DNA from: Azolla caroliniana
Lineage: Eukaryota > Plantae > Polypodiophyta
Assembly (NCBI GenBank): GCA_043228905.1
Contig: JBHGNT010000013.1
Span: forward strand, 10,540,001 to 10,604,000
Direction: 5' to 3'
DNA: 64,000 bases
The translations under genes and the position numbers were made by a program. Below are positions 13,289 to 23,584 of the stretch, piece after piece. How positions within the stretch are numbered: position 1 is the stretch's first letter; each line of letters begins with the position of its first letter. The notes beneath the pieces are model-generated. The model saw only the letters and a program-made list of their open reading frames with translations. It ran no database searches and had not been told where the DNA came from.

Positions 13289-16200
13289 TTATGACACTAT
13301 CCCCCCTTTAAAACGACGAGTTTCACGAGTCGTTTTGGATTGAGGACCCGGTTTCTCGGGATATCGTCGATGGAAGTCTTCTAGAAGAGCACGAGCATTG
13401 GTCACATTCTCGATCGGTTCCCAAGTACGCTCGCTGGGACTATATCCTAGCCAATCGACTAGATAGTAGAGCTTGTTGCGAACAATCTTGGAATCGAGGA
13501 TGGCAGCGACCTCATACTCAGGTCCATCTTCGAGCTCGATAGGAGGTGGAGGTTGTATAGTACGTCCTGGGATAGTGCTCTCGTGATAGGGTTCGAGGAG
13601 AGAACTATGAAACACCGGGTGTATCCGAAGTTGCGGAGGTAGCTCGAGACGAAAAGCGACATCATTAATCTTCCCGATAATACGGAAAGGACCTAATCGT
13701 CGATAATCCAACTTCTCACATGGGCGAGTAGTCTTGATGTGTCGTCGTAGCAGCCACACCCGATCTCCAATGTTAAAACTGGATGGAAGTCGATGACGAT
13801 CTGCGTAGTCCTTGTGTGATTGTTGAGCTTGCTGGAGTTGAGTAGATAAATCCGCTTGTATCTTGCGTAACCGCTCCAAACGATCCTCCGCGTAAGGATT
13901 TGTGGACACTTCTGGGGTTTCAAGGACACACCACCGGGGATGATATCCCGTATAAGCGTAGAATGGCGTGACTTTAGTCGATGCGTGGATAGCGTTATTA
14001 TAGGCAAATTCGGCGAACGGAAGAATATCTGCCCAGTCATTCTGATGATAGTTGAGAAAGCACCGCAGATACTGCTCCAGTGTTTGATTTGTTCGTTCGG
14101 CTTGACCGTCGGTTTGTGGGTGGTAGCCGGAGGAGAGGTTACAAGTGACCTTCAGCATTTTAAAAAGGTGCTTCCAGAATTTTGACACAAACTGGGGTCC
14201 ACGATCGCTGATGATATTATCAGGGAGTCCATGATGCCGACATACTTCCCGCATGACAATTTCGGCGGTGTCTTCACTAGATATTTCTTTAGTACATGGT
14301 AAGAAATGAGCCATCTTCGTATATCGATCCACCACTGTGAGAATCGCACTGAATCCCTTAGAGACTGGAAGATCTGTAATGAAGTCAAGAGCAATGGATT
14401 GCCATGGCTTGCTTGGAATTGGTAATGGTTCTAATAAACCATATGGATGATGTCTTGGCATTTTCGCTCTGCAGCATGTATCGCAAGTCCGAACAAAATC
14501 TTCGACAAATTGTCGCATACGGGGCCACCAGAATGATCGTTGTACTAAATCTAATGTTTTAGTACTACCAAAATGTCCTGCTGTATATGTGTCATGGCAG
14601 TTTTGTACTACTCGAAGGCGGCAAGAACCATTAGGAACATACAAAAGTTCTTTAAAGAAGAGTAATCCATCACAGTATTTGAATTGCCGATAATCCGTAC
14701 CTGGTGATTGTGATTGTGAACATGACGCTCGAGAGGGGTCAATTTGTGCTAGTATAGCTTGGGCGAAAGCGTCAGTCTTCAAGTCCTCACGTATAGTATT
14801 GGTAATGTCGGAATCCACGGGCATGTCAAAGATCTGTGCTGCTTGCAGTCGTGCTGGACCCAAGATTACTTGCTTCTGGTTATCGAAAGCTGGCTCACCG
14901 GGACGTGGTGTTAGATACGAACGCCGTGATAATGCATCTGCCTTCCCTTGGTGCTTCCCCGGACGATATGTAATTTTGAAGTCGAAGCGTGTGAGGAAAT
15001 GGGCCCACCGAGCTTGACGTCGATTCAGTACACGAGCATCTTGAAAGTAGGCAAGGTTCTTGTGGTCACTGAATACAGTGACCTCATGAGGAGATCCCTC
15101 CAGGAAATGCCTCCATTGCATAAAAGAATCAACTATTGCTAATAGCTCTTTATCATGAATTTCGTAGTTGATTTCGGCGGCGTCAAACTTACGGGAGTGG
15201 AAAGCCACAGGATGTAGCTTCTCGTCGTTACCCTGTTGTGACAGAATGCTCCCCAATGCGAAATCCGATGCATCAGCTTCGATAATGAATGGTTTTTCTG
15301 GATCCACATGACCTAAAATTGGAGCTGATGTAAACGCCTTCTTAAGACTCTCGAAAGCCATGTCCGTCTCTTTAGACCAAATGAATGATTGTCCCTTCCT
15401 GGTGAGCTGTGTGAGAGGCAGCACAATTTTTGAGTAATTTTGTATGAACTTCCGGTAGAAATTTGCAAAGCCTAGGAAGCATTGCACATCCCGCACCGAA
15501 CGCGGAGTGTGCCATTCTATCACCGTTTTGACCTTGGCTGGGTCCATAGATATGCCTTCTGAGGAGATGACATAGCCGAGAAACTCCACTTGGTTGCACC
15601 CGAAACTACATTTCTCTAACTTTGCATACAGACCATGTTCTCGAAGTCGTTTTAGTACTAATAGTACATGAGAATCATGTTCTTCTTGGGTCTTTGAATA
15701 AACCAGTAGATCATCCAAATAGATGATCAAAAAATCATCCAAGAGGTCTCGAAATATATCATTCGCCATGTGCTGGAAGACTGCCGGCGCATTAGTGAGT
15801 CCGAACGGCATGACCGTATACTCGAAGTGCCCATATCTGGTGCGAAACGCGGTCTTCCATTCATCTCCTGGTCGGATCCGTACGAGGTTATAGGCTCCTC
15901 GTAAGTCGATCTTCGTGAAGAACCTGGCACCGTTGATCCGTTCTAAAAGACTTGAGATAAGGGGAAGAGCATACCTATTTCTTACTGTGACCTTATTCAA
16001 GCCACGGTAATCTACAACGAGTCGAAGCGAGCCATCTTTTTTCTTGACGAAGAAAATGGGTGCGCCGGCTGGAGATTTCGAATGCCGAATGAAACCGTTC
16101 TCCAAATTCTCCTCTATATAGGCTCGAAGGACTTCTAGCTCGGTTGGTGACAAATTGTAGATCGGCCCCCATGGCGGCTCTTTTCCCGGTTGTAAGTCGA

Positions 16201-16432
16201 TGGCGCAGTCGTACGGCCGATGATGAGGAAGTGTGTTGGCTTGTACTTTATCGAACACATCAGCATACTGACGATACTTCTCGGGAAGTTGAACGGTGGA
16301 CTCCTCTTTGGTGGTGCTGGAGGGTTGTACTGATATTGCAAAGAGAAACATTTCCTCCTTGCGCCCTTCCTCACGCAACTGACGTAGCGAAATGGTTGCA
16401 ACCTTCTGGGTAGATCCTTGGGTTTGTCGCAA
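13289..16432 (-). CDS. pol: RT, RNase H, integrase and C-terminal chromodomain
   Basis: YLDDLL, DASDFALG, HHCC zinc finger, GPF motif, EYEVAAILDSK...YLVDWLGY...TWEP. Confidence 0.95.
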   Translation of the reverse strand: MRQTQGSTQKVATISLRQLREEGRKEEMFLFAISVQPSSTTKEESTVQLPEKYRQYADVFDKVQANTLPHHRPYDCAIDLQPGKEPPWGPIYNLSPTELEVLRAYIEENLENGFIRHSKSPAGAPIFFVKKKDGSLRLVVDYRGLNKVTVRNRYALPLISSLLERINGARFFTKIDLRGAYNLVRIRPGDEWKTAFRTRYGHFEYTVMPFGLTNAPAVFQHMANDIFRDLLDDFLIIYLDDLLVYSKTQEEHDSHVLLVLKRLREHGLYAKLEKCSFGCNQVEFLGYVISSEGISMDPAKVKTVIEWHTPRSVRDVQCFLGFANFYRKFIQNYSKIVLPLTQLTRKGQSFIWSKETDMAFESLKKAFTSAPILGHVDPEKPFIIEADASDFALGSILSQQGNDEKLHPVAFHSRKFDAAEINYEIHDKELLAIVDSFMQWRHFLEGSPHEVTVFSDHKNLAYFQDARVLNRRQARWAHFLTRFDFKITYRPGKHQGKADALSRRSYLTPRPGEPAFDNQKQVILGPARLQAAQIFDMPVDSDITNTIREDLKTDAFAQAILAQIDPSRASCSQSQSPGTDYRQFKYCDGLLFFKELLYVPNGSCRLRVVQNCHDTYTAGHFGSTKTLDLVQRSFWWPRMRQFVEDFVRTCDTCCRAKMPRHHPYGLLEPLPIPSKPWQSIALDFITDLPVSKGFSAILTVVDRYTKMAHFLPCTKEISSEDTAEIVMREVCRHHGLPDNIISDRGPQFVSKFWKHLFKMLKVTCNLSSGYHPQTDGQAERTNQTLEQYLRCFLNYHQNDWADILPFAEFAYNNAIHASTKVTPFYAYTGYHPRWCVLETPEVSTNPYAEDRLERLRKIQADLSTQLQQAQQSHKDYADRHRLPSSFNIGDRVWLLRRHIKTTRPCEKLDYRRLGPFRIIGKINDVAFRLELPPQLRIHPVFHSSLLEPYHESTIPGRTIQPPPPIELEDGPEYEVAAILDSKIVRNKLYYLVDWLGYSPSERTWEPIENVTNARALLEDFHRRYPEKPGPQSKTTRETRRFKGGIVS

Positions 16433-16877
16433 CCGGATTTCCCTTGTCCTCCAATCTATGTCTGGGTCATGTAACTGGTAATCCTAAAACTATGGGATGT
16501 TCTGGAATACTAATAATATTAAATGATACTACACATGTTAAGTTATCTAGGACAATATTAACGGGTTCCGACTCTTCTATGATATTACCAGAAGCAATGG
16601 GACGACCATCAATGACTACTACTGAGGCTGGACATGGGAGCTTTCTTAGAGATATCTGATGAGCTCGGGCAAAATTCCTATCCATGAAGCAAGAATTAGC
16701 TCCGGAATCTAGAAGGGCTAAGGTATGTACTGGAGGGGTACTTTTAGTACTAACTGCTACTTGGACTACGAACACATCACTAACTTGCTTAGAGGGAATG
16801 GAACCACTAATGGGCTGCACAGATCTATGGCTGTCCAACCAAACGGCTCCTATTTTGGCTGGACTTAGTCGTTTAAC
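16433..16877 (-). pseudogene. Aspartic protease segment of pol, with a small frameshifting deletion near 16475
   Basis: ALLDSGANSCFM...IVLGLP, then a frame change to LHDPDIDWRTREIRLRQ, which runs into the pol ORF. Confidence 0.85.
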
Positions 16878-18034
16878 TCTTCTTCTAATTGGCTAAGGAC
16901 ATCAAATTTGTTTGCGAGATTCGGACTATTAGTACTATTAGGACTATTATGACTATGAGGATTATCAGAGATTCCTACTGACATAGACTCGGGTTTAGTA
17001 TAGTCAGAACTAACAATGACTTGGTTTACCTGCCTTCTTGGTCTATGGGGACAGTTTATCGCGATATGCCCTGGTCCACCGCAATAAAGGCATAATCGGT
17101 TTGTTCGGCGTCGTTGCTTTTCCTCCTCCGATAGCGGCCCACGACGACGTGTAGTGTCAATTTCCATTGGAGTTGGAGTACTTACTGGAGGCGCATTATG
17201 TGACTCCCTTTGAAAAGGTTTCGCTACCATTGAGGCATAGGTAGGCTCGGATCTTGCCCTCGGCATCTGAAATTGTCGTTCCGAACGTCGCTCGAAGAGG
17301 CGGTTGTCACATCTGACCGCTCGACTGATTGCTTCTGTTAATGATTTTGGCTCTTCAGGGAAAGTCAAGAGTAAATCCTTGACATCGTTGCGTAGACCAT
17401 AGCGGAACTGCTCCATCAATGCTTGATCATCCCAGGGGATATCGGCGGCGAGTAGGCGGAAATCTGCAGCATATGCGGAGGCTGGACGGTCACCTTGGCG
17501 TAATCGCCGGATTTTGTTGATTGCAGTCCTTATGCTGTCAGTATCTCCAAAACATGCTTTAAACTCACTTATGAATTCTTCAAAATTATTTAGTACTGGA
17601 GATTCCTTTTCTAGTAGCGGTGCGAACCATGCTAATGCTGAGCCAGTTAACAACGTGCCTACTAAACCCACTCGTGATGCATCGGTGGGATATCGGGACG
17701 GATGCATTTGAATAACTAACCGTACCTGGTTAAGAAACCCTCTAAACTGCGATCGCGTTCCATCGAACTTCGTGGGAAGGCCAATCTTGGGTTCTTTATG
17801 AATCCCTTGTGCTCCGTGCCCTTGTTGTTGCATTGCTACGATGGTTGCTTCGAGTTGTTGCACGCGTAACGCAAGTTCCCCATGCTGTTGTTGCGTTTGC
17901 TGCTTTTCTAAGGAAATTTGCTGAAGATCCCCCAACAAGCGTTGATTTTCTTGTTCCAAAGCATGAAACTTCTCTTTCAAGCATTGAAATTCCGAGAAAA
18001 CGGATTGATACTCTTCAGCGCTAACGGTGGCCAT
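16865..18034 (-). CDS. gag (retrotransposon capsid + zinc knuckle)
   Basis: PTKFDG, LRQGDRPASAYAADF, PMEID, CLYCGGPGHIAINC. Confidence 0.95.
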   Translation of the reverse strand: MATVSAEEYQSVFSEFQCLKEKFHALEQENQRLLGDLQQISLEKQQTQQQHGELALRVQQLEATIVAMQQQGHGAQGIHKEPKIGLPTKFDGTRSQFRGFLNQVRLVIQMHPSRYPTDASRVGLVGTLLTGSALAWFAPLLEKESPVLNNFEEFISEFKACFGDTDSIRTAINKIRRLRQGDRPASAYAADFRLLAADIPWDDQALMEQFRYGLRNDVKDLLLTFPEEPKSLTEAISRAVRCDNRLFERRSERQFQMPRARSEPTYASMVAKPFQRESHNAPPVSTPTPMEIDTTRRRGPLSEEEKQRRRTNRLCLYCGGPGHIAINCPHRPRRQVNQVIVSSDYTKPESMSVGISDNPHSHNSPNSTNSPNLANKFDVLSQLEEELND

Positions 18035-18258
18035 GGGATGAAGGAAAAGGGAAATAAGAGACTAGTAGGAAAGGAGAGAGACAGAAGGAAGAGGGAGACT
18101 AGTAGGAGGGAAAATCGGTTCAAACTGTCAGGAACTCTATTAAGGCAGAGAAGGAATTAGTACTAAAAGAAGGATTAGTACTATTGTTGGGGAATAGTAC
18201 TAAGACAGAGAAGGATTAGTACTATGAGAGGTGTCGAACTTTGAGAGAAGGAATGAGT

Positions 18259-18302
<44 letters not shown>

Positions 18303-18597
18303 TGATGCGAAAGATATATGTATTATATGACGGAAGATATACAACAGTAGTTAGAAGGCTTAAGACTGGCGTTGAACCGATTTGGTTCGAACTAATGCCT
18401 TGCGCCTCCTTTTATAGTGTCTTCAGGAATACTCCTGAAGTTTCTAGAATGTTCCAGAGAAATCTGGAATATACATCAATTTCCTAATAAAACCTAAATG
18501 AAAATAATATCCTTCAAATTACAACTCATAACCTAATGGTAAAGTCTCGACCCGTGTAACAAAAGGTTATGGGTTCGAGTCTAGTTATGACAATAGT

Positions 18598-19366
18598 GGG
18601 TTGGTTTTTCCATGAGCTCATAAGAAGCAAGAATCAATATGTTCTAAACTCAATTTCATGCATGGCAAGCCTCATGCAAACTTACAAGACTACATTGATA
18701 TCTCAAATGATGATCAAATTGTTTTTGCACTTAAATATGAAGCCTAAACAGAATGGGCAATGGTGGAATTATCCCGGGATTGAGACAAAACAATCCTTGA
18801 GTTATATTGGAGAGAAGGATGATGAAGAATGTGTTGAACACAATAAAAACATAACAATGCATGAATGTGTGGAGAATGATGATGAGATTGCAATATGTGA
18901 AATTCGCCATGAATTGAATGCTATATTGGATGACAAAAATGTGAACTCTAAAGTCTCCTCATTTGTTCAAGTGGATGATAAGATTATATTTAAATTGACA
19001 CTTTTGAGTCATCTAAATGGTAATCCAACATTGTCAAAGGATAGACTTACAAGTGTAACAGAAGGGGTCTTCTACTCATGTGAGAATGCAAATAATTTCC
19101 TAAATGGAAATGGGAACGTAATTGGGATTAGTTCAGATTGTGTTATATTCTTTATTGAAGAAGATGTTAATTCAACAAGACCCAAAAGAAAAGGAATATC
19201 AAATGAAAATGTTGTTTGGTACTTGGGATGAGTACAAAGGATGTGAAGAAAGATTGGCCTAGCGAACCTCACATATAAGGTAAAATGTGATAACTATCTG
19301 TTAGACGAAAGCGATTGTAACATTTTCAATGATTTTCTTTTGGAAATGAAATACAGGTATATATAT
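18598..19366 (+). pseudogene. Degenerate unidentified coding sequence interrupted by the gypsy and LINE insertions
   Basis: Protein-like reading frame (KLTLLSHLNGNPTLSKDRLTSV...WYLG) with stops and frameshifts. The ORF-track start lies inside the LTR and is artefactual. Confidence 0.45.
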
Positions 19367-19383
19367 ATAAACTGTTTTGAATT

Positions 19384-21100
19384 TATTTATTTTCCAAAAA
19401 AGAATATACTCCATTAGTTAAAATATACATGAACACGATCCCTTTCTCAGGTAGGCCGTGCCAAGATTATCCTAGCCTACATACGAGAGATCTCACTTAT
19501 TTATCTTACACTTTTACATATGACTCAAGCCATCCTTTCAGATACATCACCTACCTTCACTATCCCACTTGCCATGTCTTTCACGCCCCTCGTTCAACTA
19601 ATGGGAGGGGGAAACAACCATCTGGGTACATCATACTTCCATAGTATATCCATTCCATTTGCTGCGGCCATCGGTGTCGTACACCATCTTTTTCGAAAAT
19701 TCAGCCTCATTAGGTCTACAACATCATTAGTACCATTAATCTGCTCATATTGAGCTCTTAGTGTAGTTATGAGTGTGTGCCAAATTAGCTTAATCGATTC
19801 AACTAGAGGGCGTTTGTGTGCGGAAAATACCCTGGTACACCTTGCTGTCCATATATGCCATATAGTAATGGGGGCAAGCAACATCCAAAGATCTTCAAGT
19901 TTTTGATTCTGTACACAAGTTGTAGGTACCCCGTTGTCAGGGATCAACCGAACAATGCCATTCTCCCCTCTGTACTTAGCATTGCATGTGCTATCGTATG
20001 TCGCCACATCAACGTCAAGACACATCCAACAAGCATGTCCCCAGTTGAGGGTGAACGAACTAGAGGCATGGCAAAGCAAACGAAGTGCCCTTCCCCATAT
20101 AGCCATTACATCACGACATTCCCATAGACAATGGGAGATGCTTTCTATCTGTCCACATGCAGTACATCGAGGGTCTACATTGGGGCCTTTACCCCACGTC
20201 CCTACCGGCAAGGCTCTATGTGCAATAAGCCATAAACACATCATTATCTTGCGGTCATATTTGTCATGCCATATCATTTTCCAGAATTTATCTAGTCTCC
20301 TTTCACTTATGCCCTCCTGCATCCAAAATTTCCTTGCCGCAACCTTGTCATGTTTTTGTTCTAGAAGAATTTGCCTCCCAATCTTCGTGTTATACCTGAA
20401 AAATTGAACCAGCTTTTCCCCATTAGTTTGTCCTTGAGTTCTCCAAAAATACTTGGCTGGGTCCCATGATAACTGATCCAAATGCCCTTCTATAGGCCAA
20501 CACACTGTCGCCGGTGTGATCTCCCTTGGCTTAGGGTCAATAATCATATTCTTGCCAGTTTTTACGATCAGCCTAATCGGCTTTTCTCTTTGAAAGACTG
20601 GTTGCTCACCTCTTGCCCTTCCGTGCTCTAGTTTGTAGTAGCATACCTCGTTCGATTCTACTTTCATTCCCTTAATGCCAATTAAACAGTTTTCAGCATC
20701 TATAAGACCTGTCCACGCAATTTCAGAGGTTGTTACTTCTTCCTCTTCCAATGTATTCTTGTAGCATGCAATGGCATCTGTAATTCTCTTGAGCATGCCT
20801 TTACCCCTGCTTATTCTCCATATTCTAGCCTTTTGAGTGCCCACCTCATTGGACAAAAACCTCTCCCACTCCACTAATGCATTCCCTTGGGCATTGATTA
20901 ACTCAGCCCATTTGAAACCTGTTTTTTGGCCTATCATCAGCCCATCCACATCTCTAATCAATGGATTCCACACAATTGGCATGTATATCCGCGCATATGC
21001 ATCATTTCTCCACCTACATATGATCCCCTTTCTGATTTCTTGCCATGCTTTCATAATTCCGATAGCACAAAGACTCTGCATACTTCCCCAGTATTTTGGC
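19384..21100 (-). mobile_element. 5'-truncated LINE (L1-like), C-terminal part of ORF2 with zf-RVT
   Basis: CTACGQIESISHCLWEC zinc finger and IWHIWTARC motif. 17-bp TSD ATAAACTGTTTTGAATT at 19367-19383 and 21101-21117. Short AAATAAATA tail. Confidence 0.9.
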
Positions 21101-22269
21101 ATAAACTGTTTTGAATTATATAGTTGCATACATGTACATATATAATATATATTAAAGTAACTTAATGTTTATGCTTCTTATTTTAACAGGAAAAGGAGAA
21201 AAGAGTAGAAACCAAATATAAACCTATGGTATTTCAAATATATTTTCTGATTTCTTTAAGATATTATTTACTTCCATGTATATGAAGATTTCTTGCCTTT
21301 GTTGTTACATGTTATAATATAGGTCCAACGTTGAAGATGGAAACGACATGAAATTTATGGCCTAAAATGAATTTCTTAGGGTTTTCTCTTTATATAGTTG
21401 GTCTTTATGAGGGTAACCTTTATTGTAGTAAGTTTTTTAAGTAGACATTGCAATAACAAAATGATTTATTTTATTTGCATTTTGATCAAATGGAAATATA
21501 AAGTAGGTTGCCATTTGTTTGATCAATGTGTTTGAGAAAAAATAATGTTATGGCTTCATATGAGTCTATCCATGAAACCAAACATAATGTTAATTTGTTA
21601 GTAATTTCACTATTGATATGCATTTTGGATTGTTCCATGTGTACTCTTTGAGATATATATGTCAAGTTCAAGATTGTTTTATTGTAAATTACATTGTTTT
21701 TTATCACTATATATTCTTCATATGTCTCAATAAACTAAAAACAAAAACTTATATATGTTATACCTCTAGTGTTTTTGGGCAATGTTTACTAATTGTGTGT
21801 GCATTACTTTGTACTTTACACATTGTGTTGTCAATTTATGTGGCACTTGATGAAGCATTTCTAGGAATTTGCATATGATGTTTAATGTTAATTCATAATT
21901 TTGCGAGTCATCAATTGTAAAGGTGGTCATTGATCCCTTCTAGGATTGGAAACTATGCGTGTATGTATATTTCATATGTAAGGGTATTTTAAATGGGTGG
22001 TTATCAAAAAAAATATGGGTAATAAGGGGTATTTTTATTAATCTTTTTTCTATACACGGGCCACAAAAATATATTGATACGTATAAGGGGTTTATAAATG
22101 ATGTCATGAATGCACGTGATACAACCTTCTTATATATAGTGGAGTTCCCAGGGGCATTCTCTATAGGATTTTTGCAATTATTTTGGCCTATAGTGTAGGA
22201 TTTACCCCAATATTTGGGTTTATGGGATTTCTTTTCGTACTATTATCACTAATATTCAACATTTTTTGT

Positions 22270-22531
22270 AGTGAGCCAAGGCAGAAGGTCCCAACCTTCA
22301 AATTGAAGATTAAGTCTCCAGCTAAAAGGGGCTCTGAGCGCTCTCCACCAATGAGAGGCTCTGATAGTTTTTTAATGGATAAATCATGTAGAACTCTCTT
22401 CGAATCTGGTGGTGATTGTACATCCAAGTCATCTGTGGGTAACACCAACAGGTTGGTCGAAGAGAAAGTAGAACAAAAAATAAAAAACTATGTCGATTTA
22501 GAATGGGGCTTAATTACGTCGAAGAGGATGG
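22270..22531 (+). pseudogene. 5' piece of the older ParB-methyltransferase gene (copy 2), split by the Sola-like insertion
   Basis: Joins in frame to 45912 across TSD ATGG to give EWGLITSKRMAFCSLFLQKCEGKGKLE, which aligns without gaps to copy 1 EWCMQYVDSKKKVMLYTAKKKGNDHLE. Confidence 0.7.
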
Positions 22532-23584
22532 AACATGTTCGCGTTCACAAGTGCAAGGATTGCACATTCCACTTGTAGATTCATCTTGAAAATATCCAAA
22601 TATACCCTCTCTACAAAAAATGGATGCACTAGTATCACATGTTCCACAACTTGATTAGAATTTGCAAAATTAAAAAAACATGATAGGTCTCCGAGTTGAG
22701 AACATTAAAAATTCAATTAATTTTGGATGTGTTGATAAGTTAATGCCATTTTAATAAACTTCAACAATGCTCAATATCACACTAGTGCGCGACATGGCAA
22801 ACACTCAGTTAAAGACTTATATTTTTTTGGTAAGTTTTGCAAAAATATGAGGTGTACTTGTAACCATACTAATAAAATGAGTACTCGTATGTATATAATT
22901 GTGGACAATGTAAGATAGTGAACTTTAGGAAAATTTGATTGAAATAACAAACCTATTAAGGCTTTCAATACTTGTATTTAAAGTTTATCTAATCTATTCT
23001 ATAGGTGATGAACATGGGATCAAACTCCGAACGATAACGCGAGTGGAGCTATAAGCATATAAAAACATGTGGATATTTCTGAGAGGTGTGCTCCAAGGTG
23101 GTGCAACTAATGGGACAACGTGGCATCGACCATTATCAACGCACTACACAATGTAAGCATCAATGGAAGACAAACATCATAGTTTGATAATTAAGAACAC
23201 ACTACACATTATAGGTAGCAATAGAAGACAAAGATCCATTATTAATATATGGACAGTAACAATACATATTAGACACGATATGACGATCTCAACAATTGAT
23301 CCCAATTAATGACATGGACAATCATGGTGACAATTCTACGAGCATATTATGTATAGTTAAAGTTTACCAATATCAGCCTTAACGTAAACTAAATCATGTT
23401 TCTCCATATTTACAGTCAACAATACATGCGATGAAACCGATGTCATAAATCAACAAACCAAGTATATAGAAATAAAATTGAAACATATAGAATAATATAA
23501 AGAAGGGAGTACACCAAGTAGAACCCAAAATTTGTATTAGTAATTTGAATTCATAACATTACACTTCATCAACAAAAGAGTCTA

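Larger units (their letters stand above)
12816..18592 (-). mobile_element. Full-length Ty3/gypsy chromovirus (Tf1/Tcn1-like), very young
   Basis: LTRs 12816-13296 and 18126-18592 (TG...CA) differ, by eye, only by one substitution and (GA)n length. TSD ATAGT at 12811-12815 and 18593-18597. PPT AAAGGGGGGATAG next to 13297. Confidence 0.97.

Noticed and set aside
22779-22800. CACTA terminus (CACTAGTGCGCGAC)
   Set aside because: No matching opposite end and no CACTA transposase found.
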